From: Amoebophrya sp. A120
Taxonomy: Eukaryota; Protista; Dinoflagellata
Reading direction: 5' to 3'
Length of the DNA stretch: 64,000 nucleotides
NCBI GenBank assembly: GCA_905178155.1
Contig: CAJINV010000004.1
Span: 11,556,307 to 11,620,306 of the forward strand
Made by a program: the position numbers and the translations under genes. A model generated the notes under the pieces. The model was given only the letters and a program-made list of their open reading frames with translations, was not told the DNA's origin and made no database searches. Positions 37,101-49,100 of this stretch are shown one piece after another. The stretch's first letter is position 1, and every line of letters begins with the position of its first letter.

Positions 37101-40100
37101 AAGGACCAGGTTTTCCAAAGCGGGGCTGAGCTTGCTGTTTGACAAGCAGGGGGTCAGCTTCCGCGATATCATCAAAGAACCGACGAATCACAACGCTTTT
37201 CTCCGCGGGGGGTTGCCCATGCTGGAGAACTTTTTGATCCCAACGCACGCCCTGGCCCCCCCGATCGACATGGGGCCGCTGCCCGCAAACACGTTTCAGA
37301 AGCTGTACGATATGGCGGGAGCAAAACAATATTTTTGAAAACAATAAAATTTTGACCAAAGGGTAAAAATGCATATTACGATGGGATTACCTAGTTACAT
37401 TTTTATGATATGCATAGCTAGGCACCATGTTAAAGTAGCTAGCTAAGGAAGGTCCGGGGCCGGCATTTCGACATCGTCTTCCACGAGCTGCTGCTCCACG
37501 GCTGTGGGCACAGCCGTAACCGACCGGGCCGCCCTTCCTCCGTGCTGATGCCGCTCCACCGGACCTTCCTTAGCTAGCTAGCTTAATCACATAGTTAATT
37601 GGCGCCTTTTATAGATGGTTTTACAGTATGCTAGATGCAAAATCCTAAATACCCATCGGTCAAAATTTTATTGTTTTCAAAAATATTGTTTTGCTCCCGC
37701 CATATACGAGGTGAACGCGTACACGAAGACGTCCACGCAACTCATGTACGAGCAGTTTTGGCAGAGGCCGATGTCTATCAACTGCAAATATGTCTGGGTC
37801 TGGAAGAGTGCAAGATTTGTCATGCATATTTCTCATGACCCATGATGCCTGTAATGCATGACCTAGCATCACAGACTTTGAGAGGGCTTCCTGATGCACC
37901 TTCCGCATGAGAAATGCCCTGTCCGTGTACCACAAACCGGATCCCTCTTGCTGGTCATGCAATACAAATTTTTTTAGAGTCCAAAAACAGCATGACAAGT
38001 TGCAATCTTCCAGACCCAGACACTTTTGCAGTTGATAATGTCGACGGAACGACGGGACGCGGAGAACGAGTTTTGGAACCGGCCGCCGAACAAGCGGCTG
38101 ATCCCCTTCTATCAACTGCAAATATGTCTGGCTCTGGAAGAGTCGGGACTTGTTATGCACATTTTGCATGACCCGCGAGGTCTGTAATGCAGGTGCTAGC
38201 ATCACAGATTTCTTGAGAGCTTCTTGATGCTAATCACGCATGAGAAATGCCCTCTCCGTGTGCCAAGAGCTGACTCCTCTTGCTGCTCATGCAACACAGA
38301 TATTTGTAGAATCCGCAGACAGCATTACAAGTTGCACTCTTCCAGACCCAGACATTTTTGCAATTCATACCTTTTCGGAAGAGACGAATTTAGATTTTGT
38401 CGGCCGCATCGCCGTGATCGCGAAGATGTCGGAGGAGATCCAGTACAGCGAGAGAAGTGGGTTTTCTGCAAGTTACAACTACATGGTTGTTTCCACAACC
38501 CCCGCCCCGTTCGTGCGAGACACGCTCGTGATGGGCTACACGGAGACGACGAGCACGACGGCCTTACCCCTCCCGTCCGCCTTGTTCCACGGGAAGGGGC
38601 CGAACGAGGTGATGCTGTTTTTCCAGTCGGCTTTGTTGGTGGAAAACGAGGCGGAGTTGGTCGTGGATTTACCCACCGGCTACAATGTCCAGTCCGAGTG
38701 CACGGGGACGGAGCTCGACGGGTACTACTTCGCCAACCACGGCATCGCGGCGAAGGACGTCTACGAGAAGGCGGCGGACGACAACATTCAAAAGATGCTC
38801 CTGCGCCCCTACCTGCTCGCGGCGTCGGGGTCGCTTTTGGTCGAGAAACTAGAGTACCAGGGGATCGTGCCGGATGCCGATCTGCTCCTCGACCCGATCA
38901 ACAACCAGCCGAACGGGGCCTACACGCCGCTCACGATCGGGGTAAGGTACAAGAAACCTAACGCCTATCCACCGTAAATTTCATCCCGTACTACACGACG
39001 TACAAATGTGGTTTCTGCATGAAAAAAGTGCTCTGAAATCCTATAACCTATTTAGCATGACAAATGGCTTGCTCTAGGTTGACGAAGTTTGTGTATGCAT
39101 TTTGTACGTGTACAGGAAATTTGTATTGCATAATGCCTATGGACTTTCCTTCTTCCTCCAGCTCCATGTGGACCGGACGGGGGGCAATTTGAACACCGTC
39201 GCGACCCCGAACTCGATTAATGGCGTCCCTTTCGAAGAAATCGGGTTCGTGCAGTGGCAGTTGGTGGACGACGCGAACAGGTTGTACCTGTATTCCGAGA
39301 CTTACTTTCCGCGGACCGACATCAAGCGGGTCGTCTACCCGTTGTCGCCCGCGATGGTGACGAGCTGGAAGTCCGTTGTGGTGGAAAACGCAAAAGCACT
39401 CGAAGCGGCCACGATCAACCAGCTCGGGGTCCAGGAAGCGGGGATCGAATCCTTGGGAAGGGACCTGTTCGACGTGCGGCCGCGCGTGCGGGGCATCTGC
39501 GAGGGCTCGCTGGCGGCCGACAGCACCGGTACGCAGCCGTATTCGAGACACTACGACGTGTACTACGGCGGAGACACGCTGCTGAACCGGGCGATTCTAA
39601 GATCCCTGGGGCCGCTGTACGCGGGGGAGCTGTACGCTTTAGGCTTGTATGAAATGCAAAAATGTCTCGGTCTAGGAGATTCCGACATTTGTCATGCAGT
39701 TTTTTCAAGCTCCCCCACGTCTGGAATGCAGGGCCTAGCATCACAGGTTCTGCAGCTACTTGGTGATGCGTATTCTGCAAGAGAAATGCGCTCTCCAACA
39801 TGGCCAGAAGTGGGCACCTTTTGCGCGTTCTGCGTCACAGATCTTTGTAGGGTCCGAAACAAGCATCACAAGTTCGGATCCTTCCCGACCCAGACATATT
39901 TGCAATGCATAGCTTGCAGATGACGAACCCGGACTTCAAAAAAGAGTACATCGAGAAGGTGTGGCGGGCGAACTTTCAAAAAGAGCACCAAGCGCTGCTG
40001 GCGAACACGAGCTTTCACAAGGCGAACACCATGATCGAGTCGGGGACTTTGGTGAACTCACTGGGCTACCCCGGCCGGATTCAGGAGCAAAAGTTGAAGA

Positions 40101-43100
40101 TGTACGTGCGGGACGCTTTGGGCTTTGTGCAGGGGACCCACTCCCGGTCGATTTTCCAGAACCCGGACAGGAGGGGCACGGACGAATCTTTTCTGAATGT
40201 TTTCCCCTTCGAGCACGGTTGGCAGTTATTTCAATACGAATGGCCACGGAGGGCGGTGGTGTTAGATTTTTATTCCGCGGTGGATGGGAAGTTGTTGACA
40301 ACCAGCACGGATAGCAGTGGGCTGGAGGTCAGGGACGAATTGAATTTAAAAGACCCCCCGGACAGCACCCACTACGAAATCAAGCAGACCGACACGCAAA
40401 ATTACGATATTTACCTACTGCATCCGGTGTACGACGTGTCAAAGTTGATTTTGCCCTCTTTCGCGATCCTCGGGACGATTTTGAAGGCGAAAATCCGGTT
40501 TTTGATCCCTCCGCACCTCGTCTTGCTATGCAAGAAAAAAGTTGTGTAAGTGTAAATCTCTGATGCAGAAAATGCAAAACAGTTACGCTTGTGATGCTCG
40601 ACATGCATGATCGGCTCGCTTCCTATGTATTTTCCCTTCGTATGTGCGCATAACAAGTTTGGCCTGTCCCTGTCATAGCAGACAAACTTGTGATGCTGTT
40701 TTCCCAAAAGACTGACACTAACACAGTTTTTTTTTTGCATACTTGCTCGATCGCATCCACCAAATTTTCTTCCACCAGGAAGCGATTTTAGCGGCGGGGT
40801 ACTTTGTATCAAATGTAAAGATGTCTGGGTCTGGAAAAGTGGAACTTGTAATGCGTGTCATGCATTCCCGGAAAATCTGTGTTGCATGAGCAGCAAAACA
40901 GAGGCTTTCTTTGTCATGCAAAAACGCAATTTGTGATGCGTGCTAGGCATCAGCAGGCCTCTCAAAAATTTGTCATGCTTGGCTGCCATTGGAGGCGCTT
41001 CAATCATGCGCAATTCGGCATCACAAGTTTCCAGACCCAGACATTTTTGCATTTGATACTTTGCTTCCGGGTACGACCGCACGAGGTTTCTGGAGTTGCA
41101 AACGCTGTACACGAAAATCTGGAACACGACGGAAACCTTGCCCGGGTCCTGGTTTCACTTAATGCACGACGTTGTGAACTCCATGGACTTACAATACTGC
41201 TCGAACGGCGCAAGAACGTTAGAACACGTACACCAGGAAGCGGTACTCTACCAGCAGCAGCAGGCGGCCATCGCGGCCGCGATCGCCGCGAACCCCGATT
41301 TGGCCACGACCACCACGACCACCTCCACCACAACGGTACCCGCTGGCGTCGCGCAGAATTTTCCCTGTGTCAACATGCAGGAGCTGGTCCGCCAGTACTA
41401 CTACTACTTCCAAGAGCAGTCCGGCGCGCGACTGTTCGGCTACCGGCCGAGACTGGAGGACGACGCGATCGCTTCCGGCGGGAGCGAAAACAACACAGAG
41501 CAAATCACGGTGGAGGAAAAGTACCCACGCTTGCTCGACGCAGCGCCGTTGCTCGGCTCCCCGGTGTCGAACTTGACTGATCCACCGTTCGTATGGAAGC
41601 GTCAGGTTTGAAATCGTCAAAGTTGAAATAATTTGTAATGCATAAAATGCATGGCCCGAGGTACGTGTGTTGCAGAGCAGGCAAGTGAGACCGATTGCAA
41701 GCCTGTTTGGGGTTACAGCTCGAGCTGCTAAAGTAGCTTGAGAAGATCGCTCTTTTTTGCCTAAACAGCATGACAAACTGGATCACTTAGGGACCGCCGA
41801 AATTTGTCATGCGCCACGTGGGAACTGGGTTCCAACTGGCATCCATTTTATGCATGGCAAATCATTTCAACTTTGTCGATTTCGATCCTGACAGTTCCAT
41901 AGTTCGATCACTTCTTCAAACTCCACACTAACATGCGGATCATCGCGCCGAAGTTTTACGAGTTTTACTTCTTGACCTCCACCCACAGCTTCACGAACAA
42001 CTTCAACGGGAGAGTCCGGAATGGCAGGAGTTCCCGCTACGCTGCCGGCTACGGCGTATCAAATGTAAAATGTCTGGGTCTGGAAACTTGTGATGCTAAA
42101 AGTGAATGGTAGACGGACTGCAATACGCAGCTATGCATGACAATTTTTTTGGCGTCCATGTCTTACGTATTCCGCATGACAAACTGCGTTTTTGCGTGAC
42201 AGGTAAGAGGGCCTTTTCGTGCCTATGCAACACAGATTCTCGAGTCATGCCAGACACGCATGACAAACTTGCATTGTTCCAGACCCAGACATTTTTACAC
42301 TTGATACGGCGTGAAGCCGAGCAATGAGCTGCAGTTCGAGGAGTTCCAGGTGTCGACCAAGTACCTCTACGAGGCGGAGCTGATGGTGCAAACGCCGGAG
42401 TACACATCCACGCCGAGATATTCAGGAAAAAAACTGTGTAAGTGTATGTTTGCACTAGAAAGAACAGCATTACAAAGTCGCTTTGCATTACAGGGAAAAC
42501 CTGTCATGCGCAGCTAGTATGTGGAAACACGTATGAAAGTAGCCCATGACGCAGATCCAGCAAGACAAGTGTATATAGTTTTGCAAAGTCTGCATCACAG
42601 AGTTACACTCACACAGTTTTTTTCTTGCATACGAGATCCGCTTTGGCGTTTAAGTTCGAACTGGGGTACAAACTATGCCTTGCAAATATGTCTGGGTCTG
42701 GAAAGGTGGAACTTGTGATGCTAACTTTGGATTCCAAAAAAATCTGTGTTGCATGACTAGCAAGAGGAGTTCAGTTTGTGTTACGAGGGGAGGGCATTTG
42801 TCATGCGGAATAGGCATCAGGAAGCCTTCCAAAAATCTGTGATGCTAGGGCATGCATTACAGGCGTCATGGATCATGCAAAACATGCATGATAAGATAGA
42901 CCTTGCATCCTTCCAGACCCAGACATATTTGCACTTGATACAAACCGCTGGATGCGTATTTAACCCAGATCGAGGGCAGTACAAGCATCACGACCTACAC
43001 GGTTTCGACCACCAGCTTGTACTACGAGCCGGCGAAACATGTGTACTTGGAAAGCGTTGCGGCCTTGTCGATGAACGCGCCGAAGTTGCAAGTGATCTAC

Positions 43101-46100
43101 GACGCAAGTGTCCGGTCGTTGGACAACCGGATCGGGGTGTCCGGGAATTTGATGATTCTGTCCATGCGAACCACGACGGTTCTCAACGAGGGCAACGGGT
43201 TCCAGTTTTCCGGCGTCAGCACGGCAACTATCGGGCTGAAGCTGCTCTGTTCGCCGGAAGGGTTGTCTGGGATCGACGTGGACGATTACAAGTGCGTCTC
43301 CACGAACCCGGACCCGGGGAACCCGCGGATGCAGCTGACTTTGACCACCGGCCCGCACCCGCCGGGGCTGTACAGCTTCAAAATCACCGCGACCAACCCG
43401 ACGGTGACATACGACACGCGGTCGACGGGCGTCTTTTTTGAACTCGGCACGTACGATTTCGGCGGGACGAGTAGAAGGACAAGAAGATTGGTGGAGAAAT
43501 TGAAGGCGGAGAAGAGGATTCTCGGAGCGGAAGAAGCACCAGCAGGGGTGGTGGAAAGCAGGAGTATTGGAAGAACTGCAAGCAGTTTACTACCCTCATC
43601 TTCTGCGGGAAGTGCAAGTGGGACTCCGACCGCTAGTGCAACAACTTCTATTGCAACAAGTCCGAGCGCAGCATCACCAGCGATGCTGCCGACCCCACTT
43701 TGGATGGAACAGCAAAATGAAAGGGAAGAAAAAAGGTCGCTGTCCTTGCTGGTCGACAAGCTGCTGCCGAAGGAGCAGCTGGAAACCGCGACCGAGGGAT
43801 TGTTTACCAAACTTCCGCGCGACCCGTTTCCTTTAACGGAACTGCAGAAATTCCGGACGTTCCTGCTGCAGAGGGAAGTAAAAGCGGGGCGCATGATGTT
43901 GCAAAAATCTTCCGGTGCAGCTGCTTCTTTACCCGAAGATGTTGATATCAGCGACGAAGTCGACTCGTTTCTGCTGGAAACCATGACAAACCCGGAATCC
44001 GATCCGCTGGACGCGCTGGATTTTTCGAGAAAGGAAGATGCTAAAATGTCGGAGAGCCGGAGAAACGATCCGCTTGCCTCACCTGCATCTTCCTCTGCCC
44101 AAGTCGTGACAGCACCAGCAAAAGACGAAGACATTCTGTTCCACCCGGACTTCGTCACTTACCTCAAAAAGCGGAGAAGAGAACTCTCCTCCGTGCGAAC
44201 GGTGGACAAGCCGATGGTGGTCGGGTTGTCCTTATGAAATGCAAAAATGTCTGGGTCTGGAAGAGTCATGCTGTCTTTGCATGACACAGAAGGTCTGGCA
44301 TGGAAGCTCTAGCATCACAGGTTTCGAGAAGCGTTCGCAATGCCGAGCCCGCATGTTAAATCCCTGACTTTGGTGACAGAAGGTGTGCAACTTTTGCTGC
44401 CTATGCATGAGAGATTTTTCTGTGTTCTGAAATGCGCATCACAAGTTTGTATGCTTCCAAACCCAGACACTTTTGCATTTGATTGTCCCCCCACCCCGCG
44501 ATCTTCGCGGTGAAGACCATTATGACTTGCTCAAGCGTTACTTACAATCTCAAGCGTTACAATAGAGTCTGGAATTTGTGTTGCATGATGAGCATGACAG
44601 ACTTGCACAGCGTTCCACCTTTTGCAATACAAATTTCGCCAGATTGTAGTGGTGTTTGGGGCTCCGGAACTTGTCATGCGCAATCCTATGAGAGTAGGCT
44701 AGATCATGCACTCTTGCATCACAGATTGCCATATTCTATTGTAACGTTTGAGATTGTAACACGTGAGCGGGTTATAACCATGGCGAGCTTCTTCTGGGTC
44801 TCCGGCGGCGACGCGAATCCGGATTATCTCAACTTTCTCGGCAAGGACGACCGGCCGCAGAAAAACACGAAGGTTTTCTTCGCTTTCAAACTCGCGGACA
44901 CCCTGCCACGCCGGGAGCAGGTGAAGATGGTCCTGAAAGCGCCCGAGGGGTTCATCTTCGACGCAAAATGCATGATCGACCTGCAGCCGGTGTTCCGGAA
45001 GGGCTACAAGTCCGCGGCGTTGACCCACCGGTACTTGGTCCGTCGGCAGTACACGCAGAGCCGCAGTTATGGGACCACAACGTCGACCACGACGACGACC
45101 ACCGGGCCCCGGTACGGACCCCAGTTGCTGAACCCGCCGCCGAGGTTCAGTACCTACCACAACTACGCGGAGAACCAGTTCCAGACGGTGGACCTGCCGG
45201 TCCCACCGCCGTACGACCGGACCGACGGGGTGCCGTCCGCGATCACGGAGTACCTGGCCAATTTGACCCGGTCGGCCCTGGAGCAAGCGGAACAGGACCA
45301 GCTCTCCTTCGACGGGCAGATCCGGTCTGCGCGCTTTTCCATGTCGACGGAGGAGCAAGACAACCAGTGGGGCATCAAGGTCGACAGCTGCACGGGCAAC
45401 GGGGCGGAGGCCAGCATCATGTTCTCGCCCAACGCCGACTACAGCTACATGTATTGAGAGGAAAAATCCCCCCTCCCCATATTGAAAAGGCATGGCTCCG
45501 GAAATTTGTGTTGCTGATTTGAGGTCACAAATCACATCTGTCTTGCAAGAAGACGAGGGCAGAAGCTTCCGCCATATTATGGGGGCGATTTGTCATGCCG
45601 TTGGGCCTAAAGGGAGGCCGTTTGCCATGCTGAGCAACTAGACCCATACGCCCCCAGCTAGCCTGGGGATCTGGCCGCCATGCCTTTCTGCAACACAAGT
45701 CTGATTTGTGTATCCAAATCCAGCATCAGAAACTTCCTTTTGATATGGGGAGGGGGGATTTTTCCTTTTGATAACATGTTGAAAAAAAACATGCTGTACT
45801 ACTTCGGCATCTGGGTGACGAACCCGGTCGTGGTATCCTGTGTAAAAACGTCCCCACCCCAGAGTTGTCATGCAGATTTGCCATGACAGGAACATTTGTG
45901 ATGCGCAACCTCATGACAGGCATTCTCAATCGTGTTTGGGAACTTGTAATGCTGTAAACAGGATCAGAAGGTCGATTTGTGATGCGGCTTTCCTTGCTAA
46001 CTTGCACTACCTTACGGACTGAAGCTTGTCATGCGTGACTCCTAAAACTCCTAGGTTTGTGTTGCAAAATCCCCATCCTGACTCTGGTGTGGGTACGTTT

Positions 46101-49100
46101 TTACTCAGGATACGTGGCCAGCAAATACGGCTGGTTCGCGATGGATTTCGAAACCGAGACGTCTGCGCGCGTCGAGGCGTATCCGATCCGGACCATGTCG
46201 CGGGCGCAGCTGTTCCCGATCTCCGAGGCGTACGCGCCGCTGCCCTCGGATGCAACGGCCCGATATGGATTGCGAAAATGTCTGGGTCTGGAAGATTGCA
46301 ACTTGTCATGCTAAATCCGAATCATGCAAAAATCAGTGTTGCATGAGTGCCAAAAGCTGCCCACTTTCGACCAAGTTGAGAGGGAGTTGCTCACGCTGGA
46401 TAGGCATGACAGAGACCTCACAGAGTCTGTCATGCTAGGTTCCGCATTCCAGACCTCATGGCTCATGAAAAACCTGCATGATTTCCAGACCCAGACATTT
46501 TTGCAGTGCATACCCGAACCGCGTCAAACATCCGGGTGACTTTTACTCCGGTGACGCCGATCACGCCTCTGTTCGAGTACGTCCCGACGCAGACGGGGCG
46601 ACGGCTAAGCGGCAGAAGTGCTGACACTTTTCAAAGTCAGGACTTCGAAAGGAGAATCGACGCTAGGAGACCGCCGGCGTCGAGGGAAAGAAATGCTGCC
46701 TCGAAGATAAATCTGGTGGAACATCAATTGGAAGACGGATATCACAGCAGCAACACTGTGCAGGTCGGCGAACCGAGGCTCTTTGAAGGAGGTGACGCTA
46801 GTACTAGCGGTGGTAGAAAGAACAAGCACCAGCACGGAATAACGAGTTTCCAGGAGGAAATCCAATTTGGGGAATCCGCAACCCTAGAAGCTGCAGACGA
46901 CCGGGACCAAAGTCAAACCACAGAGGTCGTCGAGGACCTGCGCTCGCTCCAAGGGCAAACTTTCGCGGAGGGCATGGTGTTGACCGGTTCCTCCGTGGAG
47001 GTCGTCGCCCCCTTGGGTTTCGAGTTCGTCGCGCGGATTGGCACCGAGTGCAGCGGCTTCCGGTTCTACCCGGCGGACAACATTTTAGATGCGTTCTACG
47101 AGGGCGAGCACGTCCGCTGCTCCGTCGCGGGGCAGAAAATCAAGGTCGTGTTTTTCAAGAAGGGCTTAGAATCCTCCGTCAGCTACGTGTTGGCCGCGGA
47201 CATCATGAATGCGGATCGCTCGAAGGCGAACATTCTGGAGTCCGCAAGCTGGATCATCCAGACCTACCAATACCAAGACACCAATGTCGAGGACGGGCTG
47301 ATGGGCAATCTGGTCGCCATGGACGAAGTGTTGATCCCCACTTACGCGATGAACAATTACGTCGAGCGCTTATGCATTGCAAATATGTCTGGGTCTGGAA
47401 GGACGTTTATTTTGCTAGAAATAGGGTCTTAAAATTCAATTTCTCATGCGGGATAGCCAGCGCAGGTCCTCCTCGTCTCGCAAAATCTTTGAAGATGCTT
47501 CTGTTGGCATTCCAGACCATCTGCGTGGTTCGCGAGTTGCATGACAAACATGCCGACTCGTCCAGAGGACCCAGACTACATATTTACCCTTGATAGAACT
47601 GGTCGGTGAACAACTACTGGGAGCGGCAAAAAGGGCGGGAGTTGATCGAAGAACTGTATTTCCGTATGAAGTTTTTCGGTCACGTGCAAACCGGGCAAAT
47701 CCTGTACATGGAGGCGCCGCAGGGTTTCGAGTTGCACACGCTAGACGCGGAAATGAACGCGCCGGTGAACCAGCTAGAGCACGGGGTCCAACCCTGTTTC
47801 GGGTTTTCCTACACCGGGCAGTACCCGTTCTTCTACACGACGCCCGATCCGATCTGCGGCTGCTACGAGCGGAACCTACAGACGGAAGAGCCGTTGAGCT
47901 ATTTGCGGAACTACGACGACGTTCGGTCGACAACGACCACAACGCCGCCGCCGGTGAACGCCAACGAGTGCCCGCGCATCGAGTCGAAAACGGGCCGGGT
48001 GCGGCAGTGCTTTATGCGGATCAATGTTTTCGAGCGAAACCCCGCAGTGTGGCAGGCAGCGCTAAATGACCCGGACCGGGCGGTGATCCAGTTCCGGTTA
48101 AAGACCTACAACCCGGAAGAGACGCCGTTTGTGACCCGGAATTTCTGGAATATCTGGCAGTACGAGCCGAGTGACCTCTTCCTGCGATCCAGGTTGGACG
48201 CATTCCGGAAGGACGTGACGGACGGGCGGGTTACGGAAAACCACATCTTTCTCCCCGGCGACGCGCCGCGGGTGTTTCAAGACGCGGCGGAGTCCAGCAG
48301 GATTTTGAGAAAAGCTGGTGCAGTGTCGGGGGAACAAAGCACTGGTGATATTACTGGTTCTACGGCTACTACTTCTACTCTTGAGAAGTGCGGAAGGTCT
48401 GGCGGTTGCGGCGCTTCGACGGAAGGAAACAACTTTGGGTCGGATGATTCCGTTGACCTGCCAAGTGATGTAGCGTTTCAGACATCCTCTACCCTTTTCG
48501 ACGAGAACATGCTGACTTCCCTGCGGCAGGGGAAGCGAAAGACGCTCGGCACTTGTGATGAGAACGAGATCTTCGCGGAAGATAGTAAGACCGATAATGT
48601 CAAGACCGCGACCAACATGTTGAGAAAGAAAAAGAACCCGTTCAAAATTTGGCCGTCCGAAAACACGAGGACGCATGTCGTTCGGGAAAGACCAAACGAG
48701 TCTGATAGCAGGAAATTTTCTCAAGTAGGAGAGGACTCCAACGTGGATACGAAGAAGAAGCGAAAGCTGCAGGTTTTCACCCCGCGATACCAGTCGTCGG
48801 GCGAAGCGGCAGATTTGATCCTAGTTCCCTACCAGAACGACGGACAGCCGGACAACGGGGTGTCGCCGCAGCGGTTCAGCATTTACGACGACAATTGGCT
48901 CCTGATGAAGCCGCGCCTGAACACCGCCGAGATGGTCCCGCCGCTCCATCAGCTCGTCGTCGAGTCTATCTACCGAGCCTACCGCGCGACCGGCGCGACC
49001 GCCGCGGGCACCACGCAGGATGCGATTTCCAACAGCAACGAGTGGCAGCTGCTCGTCACCGATGGCTACCTGGGAATTCAGTCGAGTTCGGTCTACCCCT

